Assembly: GCF_006345805.1 (NCBI RefSeq) | Contig: NC_043008.1 | Location: forward strand, 10,416,001 to 10,480,000 | Length of the DNA: 64,000 nt | Direction: 5' to 3' | Origin: Octopus sinensis | Taxonomy: Eukaryota | Shown here: one piece after another, positions 42,481 through 53,212 of the stretch | How the letters are laid out: each line of letters begins with the position of its first letter | How positions within the stretch are numbered: position 1 is the stretch's first letter | Program-made: the position numbers and the translations under genes | Notes under the pieces: generated by a model | What the model was told of the DNA's origin: nothing | Database searches by the model: none | Seen by the model: only the letters and a program-made list of their open reading frames with translations

Positions 42481-42645
42481 TATACATAGATACAATCAGT
42501 TTTTTCTTTTCACTTTTATTATAACAATTTTCTGGAATTTTCAATTTGGAGCAATTCTCTCATTTCAAAAATTTTTGTATTTTGGAGCTTTCCTGAAATA
42601 GATTAAAGATTACCAACCTTATGTGTGTGTGTGCATGCATGCATG

Positions 42646-42679
<34 letters not shown>

Positions 42680-42730
42680 TGTATGTATGTATGAATAAGT
42701 AGATAAGTCTATGTCTGGTCATAGAGTGAC

Positions 42731-42820
42731 CAATGGTTTTGCATCCATAAAGGGCTTAGCACCGTGAACATCTTGTCAGACACTCACAGAGCTAAGCCCT
42801 TTGTGGATACGAAACCATTG
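42731..42820. repeat. 30-bp-arm hairpin with 30-nt loop
   Basis: caatggttttgcatccataaagggcttagc / gctaagccctttgtggatacgaaaccattg: 27 Watson-Crick pairs, 2 G-U pairs on the + strand, 1 mismatch. Confidence 0.9.
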
Positions 42821-42885
<65 letters not shown>

Positions 42886-42888
<3 letters not shown>

Positions 42889-43285
42889 GGTGGAGGAACT
42901 CTTGAGAGTCAACGGCCATCCAATAAATGTCTTAAGGCCGTATCATGCGCAGGGACATAGAAATAGCCGGACTGAATACCCGATCGCACAGTTAAATCAT
43001 TGGGAGTGAAGGACTCCTAGCCTTTGTTAGGGCATCCTTCTAGGAGAAGGTAACTCATGTATCTGGGATAACTCCGATATAAAACCTGCAGCTCAGTGTT
43101 TACCGATGATGTTGACTTGTTCTTCTTTTCAGATTATGGCTGCTGTTGCTTAGTGAGTGGGATTGACTCAGTGCACAGCCTTTCCTCACTTTCAAAAAAA
43201 ATCTTCTTGCACAGGCATTGCATGATAACAACATTGATTAAGCTTCGTGCAATGGCCATACTCGATAACGAGGGGCAGCCACCAT
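42886..43285 (+). mobile_element. ~400-bp GC-richer insertion in (TA)n, probably a non-autonomous RTE-related element
   Basis: Sharp composition boundaries. Contains tagggcatccttctaggagaaggtaactc, resembling a motif I recall from RTE 5' UTRs. No credible ORF. Confidence 0.5.
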
Positions 43286-43728
43286 ATATATGTATATATG
43301 TGTGTGTGTATATATATATATATATATTATAATAAGAGATATATGTGTGTGTGTGTGTGTGTATGTATATATATGTACATATATATGATATATGTATATA
43401 TATACATGTATATATTTATGACATATATATGTATGTATATATGTATATATGTGTATATGTATATGTATGTTTGTATGTGTATATGTGTATGTATATATAT
43501 ATATATATAATAATAATAAATCTCTGAGTGAGATATAAACAGTAACTGCTCTATAACATAAGGGGTATCAGCCATCTGAATGTGGCTAGGGACAGGGCGG
43601 GGTAGTGGGGGTGTTACTGATGCATTTAGCCCCAGGCGATCATCAACGTCACCAGAAGGGCTGACACCATCTCGGTGTCCTTGCCAGCCTGCAAAGGGAG
43701 ATCAGCCTCCCCGAAGATACGGATACTA

Positions 43729-43771
43729 CATACAGACCGGTTTCGAGGTATTTGCCTATTACCAACGCATG
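43729..43771 (-). ncRNA. Hammerhead motif, probably inactivated copy
   Basis: CATGCG-TTGGTAA-TAGG-caaata-CCTC-GAAAC-CG-GTC-TGTATG; A6G in the core, palindromic ACCGGT stem III. Confidence 0.7.
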
Positions 43772-44078
43772 GTAAGCACCGTTCTTTGTTGAGGGACTTC
43801 CTCTACAGGCTGGATATATATGGATTTTCACAGTAACCACAGTCACTGATGTAGAAAAACCGTTCGACAACAATAATAAATCTCTGAGCGAGCCCTGTCC
43901 CTAGCCACATTCAGATGGCTGACCCCCCTTATGTTATAGAGCAGTTACTGTTTATATCTCGCTCAGAGATTTATTATTGTTGTCGAACGGTTTTTCTACA
44001 TCAGTGACTGTGGTTACTGTGAAAATCCATATATATCCAGCCTGTAGAGGAAGTCCCTCAACGAAGAACGGTGCTTAC

Positions 44079-44121
44079 CATGCGTTGATAAGAGGCAAAT
44101 ACCTCGAAACCAGTCCGTATG
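44079..44121 (+). ncRNA. Minimal type-I hammerhead ribozyme with U3-A8 core
   Basis: CATGCG-TTGATAA-GAGG-caaata-CCTC-GAAAC-CA-GTC-CGTATG. Stem I 6 bp (one G-U), stem II 4 bp, GUC cleavage triplet. Confidence 0.8.
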
Positions 44122-44720
44122 TAGTATCCGTATCTTCGGGGAGGCTGATCTCCCTTTGCAGGCTGGCAAGGACACCGAGATGGTGTCAGCCCTTCTGGTG
44201 ACGTTGATGATCGCCTGGGGCTAAATGCATCAGTAACACCCCCACTACCCCGCCCTGTCCCTAGCCACATTCAGATGGCTGATCCCCCTTATGTTATATA
44301 TATATATATATATATATATGTTTCTTTCTTTTGTGTTATGCTAAGAAGCATGTGCAATACCAGATAAATTTATATATAGAAATTAAGACATGTGCTCCCA
44401 GTAATACATCCGATATATCTGTATGATCACAAAATAATCCAAGAACATTTAGCATTAAGTCAGAATGTTCAGAGTTATGATAATAGTCTTCAGGATTGAT
44501 ATACCAATGTCCAATATTTCAGAAATCTAACAAAAGAACTAACATATATGAAAATTACTTATATTTACTCGGACAGAATTGTTTTCCCCAACAGCAAACT
44601 TAACTAATTTCATTAGCAGGCTTCAAAAAAAGTGATGTGGTGGTACACACATACGTGCATGATGGAATCTCCATCGGTTATTCAGTCAGGAGAATTCCTT
44701 CTTATGAGATTGACATCTAA

Positions 44721-44935
44721 CTCCTTAGCATTTAAAACATCCATATCTGGCCAAAATATTCTGTTTTATGTTAAAACCTACTAGATCTGGCTTCTCACAG
44801 TTACCTACAATGTCATTCTAAAGAAAAACAATCACATCATTGGAATCTCACAACTATGAAATAATGCATGATAAATTCAAAACAGTGTGCATAAATAAAC
44901 ATTACATTTGACAGAGTAATCTGAATACTAAAAGG
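44721..44935. mobile_element. piggyBac-type MITE (decayed)
   Basis: Flanks CTAA/TTAA; termini ctccttagcatt / aatactaaaagg. Confidence 0.55.
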
Positions 44936-45247
44936 TTAAATTGCTTACTTTTCCACTGGCGTGTAGACTTAGTATAGCTCTTAGACTATACAACAAAGCT
45001 GGACCTTTCATTTGCAGTCTAGAGAGTTGGAGCAAGAAACATAAGGAGAGACAGACAGACAAATGGATGGAAAGGCAAACAGAGAAAGAGAGAGTACCAG
45101 TTCTGTACTGGGGTCAATTCTTTAGCTCTATTGACCTTGAAAGGTGAAGGTTGACATCATGAAGGTTTCATTCAGAATGCAGAGAGTATGAACAAATACT
45201 GCAAAATGTTCTATCCAATGCTCTTACACCTCTGCTAATTTACCACC

Positions 45248-45250
<3 letters not shown>

Positions 45251-45330
<80 letters not shown>

Positions 45331-45363
45331 TGTGTGTGAGTGTGTGTGTGTGTGTGTGTGTGT

Positions 45364-45394
<31 letters not shown>

Positions 45395-45426
45395 GTGTGT
45401 GTTTGTGTGTGTGTGTGTTTGTGTGT
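45251..45426. repeat. (GT)n microsatellite
   Basis: Direct reading. Confidence 0.95.
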
Positions 45427-46161
45427 AAATCATGACAAACTGGATATACTGAATATATATTCAGAAACAATACTCAGTATATCAAGCATTGTGATTGATC
45501 TGAAGTAATGAGCACACATTACTGATGAGATTGTAATCGGTGATGAAAGGATTGACAGACAGACTGATTGATTGATTGATTGATTAAGCAATTAGTTAAT
45601 TTGATTAGGTAATTAGCTAATTATTTAACTAGTTGACTAGTAATAAAAGTGCATTTTTATTGGCAAAATGACCCTCCCAAAATACAATATCTTGTTTCAA
45701 CACTACATCTCACATCAAGATCCTACAAAGAAAATGTGTGTGTGAGTGAGTGAGAATGAGAGAAGGAGAGAGAGAGGGGGGGAGCATTTTGAAATATTTA
45801 AAGAAAACCAGAAATGATGTTGATGTGTAGATATGAAAAGAAATATCTTTTGATGAACTGGAAGAGCTTCATGTAGTTATAAGTGGTATAACTCTAATCT
45901 TTCTATCTCCTTAAGACAGTAGCCATCTCTGTATGGAGATTAACCCCAAACTATAAAAGCGTATGATAGTATTCCCCATTTTCAAAAAGACAACTTCTCA
46001 AATGCTACAACTATCAACTTACTTTTTATCCTGCAACTTACAGATGATGGAAATAGTTGTAAACAACCTCCTAATTTATCCATGAATGAGGCAGCCTCTA
46101 CATGGATGCTTGCTCTTCTAGAAATAGCAGTAGAATCGTCCTCAAATCACATCCTCACCTT

Positions 46162-46294
46162 CATTTGATGGATATTTGTCCTCATCTTGTTTGTTGTTAA
46201 CGCATCGTTTCGGCTGATATACCCTCCAGCCTTCATCAGGTGTCTTGGGGGAATTTCGAACCTAGTTTCTCATTCCTAAAGTTTTTTTTGTTAT

Positions 46295-46390
<96 letters not shown>

Positions 46391-46660
46391 TCACTGTCTG
46401 GAATCAAACTCGGATGCCATATGCCCATGGGCATATGGTGTAGTGGTTAAGAACGTGGGCTACTAACCCCAAGATTCCGAGTTTGATTCCAGACTGTGAC
46501 CTTAATAATAATAATAATAATAATATCAAAATGAAAACCCAGGTTCGAAATTTCTCCAAGACACCTGATGAAGGCTGGAGGGTATATCAGTCAAAATGTT
46601 GTGTTAACAACAAACAAGATGAGGACATATATCCGTTGAATGTAAATAATGTAAATAATG
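46162..46660. mobile_element. Fold-back pair of tRNA-like/(AAT)n/HHR element
   Basis: Arms meet at the 22-bp palindrome CCATATGCCCA|TGGGCATATGG (46417-46438). tRNA-like head 46429-46501. HHRs at 46200-46243 (-) and 46561-46604 (+). Same family as 39061-39500. Confidence 0.85.
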
Positions 46661-47044
46661 TACTTGCATTTTTAGTTTTCACATATCACTCCCCCTATTC
46701 AAACTGAGTTAGACCACTTTACATTCAATACAATGTTTTCTGATCTTCATTGCTAACAAACCTTTTGCACTGTAGACTTTGCTATCTAAATTTTTACATA
46801 TGAAATTTTTCTATACATTCTGAAATGAGAAGTTGTTAAAATATTGAATTTCTCAATGTCATGCAGTCCTAAACATACAGTGAATTGGAGCAGCTTGCAA
46901 ATTATATTTTGGATACTAAATTTCATATAGAAAATGCTTTCTATTTTGACACTGATTTTAGTATATTTAGATATAGTCTGTTCTACTCTAAGAGCTTCCT
47001 TCACACATAGATTTTTCATTGTCATTAGACAACAGAGAATTATA

Positions 47045-47390
47045 AAAATAATAATAATAATGAAATTATTGTATACAGTGCTCAGGTGCACCACAACTTG
47101 TCAGAAAGTGCGTATAAAGTATATGCAGTAATGTACAAATGTCTGGAAAGCGAACAATGTATGAGTCAGATACATGCGTGTGTGTGTATGGAGGGGAGAA
47201 AATCAGGTGTAGTGTTGGCGAATCTCAGAAAGCATGGAAGTTTTGAAGGATGCAGTGCTCCAACAACTTACTGATGCTGGCGGTTTGTTCCATGCTTCAG
47301 CAACTCTCAGCATGAAAAAATGTTTATGAAAGTCATAGGAGCTGTGCTGTTTTCTGACTTTGTAAACATGTCCACGGGTGTTAGATGGGT
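47045..47390 (-). mobile_element. CR1-clade LINE 3' end
   Basis: SNTRGHVYKVRKQHSSYDFHKHFFMLRVAEAWNKPPAS...SFK matches the TRGH..FF.xRV..WNxLP CR1 C-terminus; (ATT)n tail. Confidence 0.8.
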
Positions 47391-47785
47391 AGAATGAAAA
47401 AAGCAGAGTTGTTTGTTTAAGATCTTTGTGATAAAGAAATTTTTTAAAATGCTTATGTGACATCATCACTCTAAAGGATAAAAAGGTTTCTATTATTGAA
47501 GTGTTTGTGTGGCTTAGTTGTAAATACAGATTCAGATATATGTACATATTATAAGTTCAAGTATTTTAAAATTGAATACATTTTATCATTGTAGACTAAT
47601 TTTTCCCAAGTTTACAGTAAGATACACCAAAACTAGGAAACAAAACAAAACAATGTACTGAATCTTTGATGTAGAGCCTCAAGCAAATTTTTGATTTGAT
47701 TTCAACAGTAATATATAACAAACAGAAAGGCATGATCTGTTAGCTCTTTCATTTATATTGGAAAATATATAAGTGCATATATTTC

Positions 47786-48187
47786 GGATCATTTCAGTTT
47801 GACCGGCAGTTTTTTCTAGCAGTGTCATAATTATAACCCTAGTATCGATCTATTGCATTTCAATCTGTTTTAGGGTTAGTTAGGTTTAGAGGTGGGGGGA
47901 AGGGTAACTTTTTTTCTTCACAAATGTAAATATACCCAATCTGTTTCTTAAACGAGGGACATATTCATACGGCACAATGTTTTTTACCTCAATAGACGTC
48001 AGTGATTGGTTGAAATTGCAGAAATTGAAGAAAAACAACAACAAATATCTTACAAACTATAGAATTTTCTCAATAAAGCCAAGAGAAAAAGATGTTTTAT
48101 AAACACATTCTACCAGTGTACGAAGTTTAAAATTTTTTAGTTACCTAGAAATTATGTTAAAAACTGCCGTTCAAACCGAAAAGATCC
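47786..48187. mobile_element. MITE with 28-bp TIRs and 8-bp TSD (Merlin-like termini)
   Basis: ggatcatttcagtttgaccggcagtttt versus the reverse complement ggatcttttcggtttgaacggcagtttt. TSD tatatttc/tgtatttc. GG termini. Confidence 0.82.
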
Positions 48188-48729
48188 TGTATTTCAAATC
48201 AATCCTAATTAAATTTTAGATGCACTTCTCAATCAGCATTTCAGTAATACCTTTCTGAGAGAAATTAGAATATTTTGTTTGTATTATCTTTTCAGGTTAT
48301 GCTGAAAGTAACTTAACTGCACAACAAAGATCTCAGCCTGGGGGAAAAAGGTTACTACATGTTTTTCTTTCTAGATATGCATGCACTATTTAGTCACTTG
48401 AGCTTCAATATATACAGAGAGAAAAAAAAATCCAAACAGGTGGCACCTGTGTTAATAATACTTTCACATATTTAAAAAAAATGATAGCAATTTATCATTC
48501 AGGAAAAATCAAATCTATTAGGTGAGCTTACCTGTGGTCAGCAAATATTTGATGGTGGTTAAATGTTAGCTGCAGATCATTATTAAAAACTGACTTGTAT
48601 CTCAGCAACTGCCTGAATAAGTAAGTTTTCTATCTGATACTTTGGACAAAATAATCAACAATTTCCTTTTTAATATCATTGTTTTGGTTGCATTCCAAAT
48701 ACTACTAGATTGGACTGCATTATACATAT

Positions 48730-48783
<54 letters not shown>

Positions 48784-49121
48784 GTATATATATATATATA
48801 TATATATATTGTATGTGTATGCATGTGTGTGTGTATGTGTGTATGTATATGTGTGTATGTGTGTGTGTGTGTATACGTGTGTATGTATATGTGTATATGT
48901 ATGTGTGTATATGTACATAAATGCATTGTATGTGTGTGTACATATGTGTTGTATATATTTTGTGCAAATTTATGTGTGTATTTGAGTAGGCATGTATATA
49001 TATTCTTCAAAGCTGAGTTACTTCTCAGGCATTTAGTCTTATGGTATTTAAAGTTTTCATACACACACAGACACACACAGACACACAGACACACACAGAC
49101 ACACACACACACACACACACA

Positions 49122-49830
49122 CAGAGGGTGTGATAAGTAAATTACAGCCATTTTTATATTTTTAATTTTGCACATGTGCATTGTTTGTTTTGATTTTGTC
49201 AACTACATAGCATTGTAGGGTCAGTTGGGCACTGTCAGTGAAAAACAGCACCATGCTGTAATTCACTCTGCCAGAAATTTGGAAATGACATGCTGTACTG
49301 CTTGGCATTTGCGCTGGAAGCTCCAATACAAGCATTTCAGAGTGCTAGGGTGTCAATCTGAGGACTTTTTGTGTCTCCAAAACATGTACTGAGAGGGATA
49401 AAAATCAAACGTCCAGTCAACATCATGATGTTTGGAGTGATCACTAGAGATGGTGACATTATGCCTCCATTCATCTTCCCACACAGCCTCAGACTCAATC
49501 TGGATTCCTACCTCATGTGTCTGGAGGAGGTAATGCTGCCCTGCGTCAAGAGGGTGGCTACTGGAAGACCCTATGTCTGGCAACAAGACTCTAGACCATG
49601 CCACACATGCAGGAGAACCCAGACAATTTCTGTGACCACATTACTCCTAACATCTGGCCACCTAACCCTCCAGACTGCAACCCCCTTGATTATTATGTGT
49701 GGGGTGTATTTGAGCAAGAGACCCACAAAACTCTTTGAAATACCAAAGATGACTGAAGGGAAGGATTATGGCAGTATTCACCAACTTAAACAAGAAGACC
49801 ATCCAGAAGAGTTGCGGGAGATTCCAATCA
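49122..49830 (+). mobile_element. Tc1/mariner superfamily maT (DD37D) transposon relic, internally deleted
   Basis: IMMFGVITRDGDIMPPFIF...YVWQQDSRPCHT, then frameshifted IWPPNPPDCNPLDYYVWG with D as the third catalytic residue. Confidence 0.8.
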
Positions 49831-49909
49831 TGATTTTATTCTTTTTGATTTCCTCAGTCTGGGACATTTCACATCACTACTCTAGTATGTGCCTTTGTCC
49901 CAGCTCTTG

Positions 49910-50130
49910 ATTCTGCTGCCTTCGTCTGCACCTTGTGCCAGGCTGTTGGTTCATCCAGTATTGTGGAAAGGAAGATGTTTAGTTCCTTTTTGAAGACATC
50001 TACTTCCACTTCTTAATTTTTGTGGCAGGGCATTGAAGAGCTGTGGGTCTCACAGCATCTTGCCCCTTGCTACAGTCTTTTGTCATCTAGTACGTAAAGC
50101 AATAATGCTTTATGGAGACTTCAATAACTA
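49910..50130 (-). mobile_element. CR1/L2-group LINE 3' relic
   Basis: Minus strand PQLFNALP...VDVFKKELNIFLSTILDEPT. Confidence 0.6.
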
Positions 50131-51722
50131 CAGTAATATTACATTTTGTTTTATTTTAAAAAATAGCTGTTTTTAATGGTTTTTAGAAATGTGTAATATC
50201 AAGTATTTATACTATAATATTTATGACACCAAAGGTATATAATTTATGTTTTTCCATAAACTAAATTATTTTACTGAAGTAATTTTGACTAATTAGATAC
50301 AGGATTATAACAGTATAAGGGCCTGCACTTGGAAAGGGATTCAAGTATGGAATATTTAAGTTTTAAGGGCATATGAATATATTTAATTCACATATGTGTT
50401 CTAAACAATTAATATTTGAAAAACCAATCTTAACAAAAGTGAAAGAAAAAGAGAGGAAGCATAAGAAAATTTTATATGTGTAATTTTTTTAATGTATGAT
50501 TTTTTTTATTATGCTGAGCCTCAAGATATTATATTTTCTTTAAAATATCTCAAAATTGCAAGCATTCATGCAATGTATTCCCATGAGAGTGTTAGAGTTG
50601 TTGATTTAGCAGATTAACAATTGAATTACTAAGTATGAACCAGAAGTCAAATACCTACACATTGAAGATAACACTACACAATTAGCATGCACTATAATAG
50701 AATAGGTTTGTTGTATTTGTTACCATTTCCATTTAATCCTTGGGTTCTGGTTGTGGACCTCATGGGAGTGTGCAAGATAAACCCACCAGAACATAGTAGT
50801 GTCTATTCTACACTTCCAATTGTTGAGTTGGTATTCCAACTATGACCACCCTATCTTTCTTCCTGGCATATTGTTTTTAGAATTCTTCAATGTGTTTTTT
50901 TTATAAGATGGATATTTGTGAGAGATGTGACTGCTATTTTTAGCAAGTTAAGTAGCTGTGTAAAGGCTTTCTTTTCGGCAAGATGTGCATAGATATTCAT
51001 TCACCTATCACACTGTTGTTTCAGATAATTTAGATTACATTTCTTCATGTACCTTCTTAATTTATCTCTTTCTGTTAAATCTATTTGTTTTCTAGTAACT
51101 TTGTGTTGAATTATTATTAGTACTGACTGAAGAATGTCATATTTACATAAAATTGCTTGGAGTGGAATTGAACTCACAAACTTTTATTTCTTTTACACTA
51201 TTCCTCTGATTTTATTGACTGTGATATTGTAGAAAATAATGAGGTTGTTTATAGATAACAACAATACATAATTATATATATAAAGGAAAATTTATATATA
51301 AAATTTCTTTTATTATTCACATACCATCAGAATTATGTAGACCTTGTCCAGTTTAAATGGGTTCAATACTTAAAAATAATACAATAACGATACAACAGAA
51401 TATCTTCTTATAAAGGTTGTGAATGTACAGATTTGAAAATGGACAGTAATTCAAGCATAAAAAAATATCAGGTTTCAAATCATAGCAGAAATGTTTGTGT
51501 AAAGTTAACCGAGTACTTGTGTGTTGTAGAACATGTGAAATGGTGTTCTTGAATTAAAGTTGTTTCTTTGAGTGTCATAGATATATAAATAAGTACTAGT
51601 GTTTCAACTTCAAAGATTTAGTGTCACTTTTATTACTTGCTACATAATGTTATTGACAAGGTTAAAAAAAAAAGATCATATCGGTCAAAATTTCTTCTGA
51701 TAACATATTACATATAAATTAA

Positions 51723-51941
51723 CCTTGTTACCATATTTGTGTTGAATTATACTACTTTTGCTTCAATTAATTTTGAAAATAATGAAGAATTTTGTAAAAT
51801 AACTTTGTCATTATAAAGCTGGTGTTTGCAATATAAATCAACACACTCTCTTGATGAAAGGTTTTAATTTAGAGCACTTTAAAGCAGGAAATTTGTACTG
51901 TAAAGTAAAGGGTGATCTCAGGTAGGTTGATATCAAAAGGG
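51723..51941. mobile_element. piggyBac-type MITE
   Basis: TTAA on both sides; termini ccttgttacca / tgatatcaaaaggg. Partial relative starts near 4364. Confidence 0.6.
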
Positions 51942-52036
51942 TTAATGTTTTTTTTTTTTTGATGTAATGTTTTTAAATCTAGTGGTTATAGATATTGAAA
52001 AATAACTGATAATATTTCTATTTTGTAATTTCACAG

Positions 52037-52152
52037 ATTTGGTGCCAAAGTAGAAGAAAACAACCAAGCTTCATGTCACAAGTACTAAAATCTGAGTTTG
52101 TTCCAAATAGGACATATAATCGTAATACCATCACTGTGAACCCAGACTGCAG
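52037..52152 (+). CDS. Internal coding exon of an unidentified host gene (IWCQSRRKQPSFMSQVLKSEFVPNRTYNRNTITVNPDC)
   Basis: Acceptor ttttgtaatttcacAG, donor CAG|GTAAGA, 116 nt, exactly one open frame (phase 0 to phase 2), GC higher than flanks, non-repetitive. Confidence 0.6.
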
Positions 52153-52969
52153 GTAAGACATATTTTAGATTTCATAAGAGTTGTTTGTTTTATTATCATC
52201 TATTAAAAACATGCTAAATAATTACTAAGTGTTTTGCAAAATATCCTTTTTATTGTTTTATTAAAATCATTTATCAATGAGATCTATCAGACTGATTAAT
52301 ACTGAAGAGAACTGTACTTAGTTTCAACTCTCATTCAACAATCAGTAAATAGACAATATCAGACATTTGATGAAGTAATTAATTTTTACATACAAATTTG
52401 AAATTTTTTTTTTCATTATTATCCAGTAAAAGAGAACAAATGAGATACTTTCCAAAGTCTGACAGTCTAATTTCTAGGGAACTACAATCCATTTATTATT
52501 ATGCCTCACTTTCATGCCACTTAACTTTTGGTTGTCATGTATTTGGTTAATCAATAAATATAGGTAAGATAATTAGACAGCAATGAGAAGTAGTGATAAT
52601 GACATACATTGACCTTGAGACACAAATCATCTTTTTAAATTAAGATAATTAAGTTAAGAGATCAGGTTGTCTTAATGTTAAATTGTGTTATAATGCTCCA
52701 GCATATTGACCTATAATGGGACAAACGTTGTGAAGGGGTGGAAATATGAGGGTAATTGAGGAACCTGGCATGATATGTAAGTGTCAGTTTTTGATTAAAA
52801 ATATATGAGAAAAAAGTTCACATCCAAAATCACAAGTTGCCTTCAGAGAGATGGCTCTGCTTGATATGTAAGAAAAGTGTTGTTAGAAACCCCATACATT
52901 GTACACAGTGCAAGATTTGGACATGTAAGAGGTGTAGCAGTATCATTGGAAGATTAACAGTGAAAATAG

Positions 52970-53212
52970 TTTATGTGTGTGACAAATGATGGGAAACAAT
53001 AAGCACTAAAACTGTGCTGACAATAGACTCCCTCAAATACTTGGGAAGATCATTAGAAGTAGCAGATAGCTCCCAAGTTAACACTGGAGGAGGAAGTTCT
53101 GAGAGTGTGGTTGCTAAAATGAGAATGGGCTGGGCAAAGTTCAGAGAGCTTCTACCTTTGTTGGTAACTAAGGGCTTCTTAGAGTGAAAGGCAGATTGTA
53201 TGATGCTTGTTC
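52970..53212 (+). mobile_element. RTE LINE internal fragment
   Basis: GGGSSESVVAKMRMGWAKFRELLPLLVTKGF.RVKGRLYDAC. Confidence 0.75.

Larger units (their letters stand above)
43512..44298. mobile_element. Young inverted pair of a 360-nt HHR-bearing non-coding monomer (retrozyme / PLE pLTR-like)
   Basis: Arms 43512-43892 and 43892-44298 are near-perfect reverse complements. Each arm has its own terminal direct repeat at period 360 (43512/43872; 43892/44252). Flanked by (TA)n. Confidence 0.9.

Noticed and set aside
43841-43872. Second HHR-like string gtcaCTGATGtagaaaaaccgttcgacaac
   Set aside because: Lacks A9, a proper stem II and a correctly placed GAAA/stem III.
43580-44270. Four paired ORFs of 70-74 aa in the inverted 360-mer
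   Set aside because: Mirror products of the inversion, non-ATG starts for some, no recognisable motifs.
46429-46501. Functional tRNA gene with ACT anticodon
   Set aside because: Acceptor stem does not pair and the sequence is part of a repeat; treated as tRNA-derived.
48296-48350. Possible small + strand exon (YAESNLTAQQRSQPGGK)
   Set aside because: Weak donor (GTTACT) and phase incompatible with the 52037 exon.
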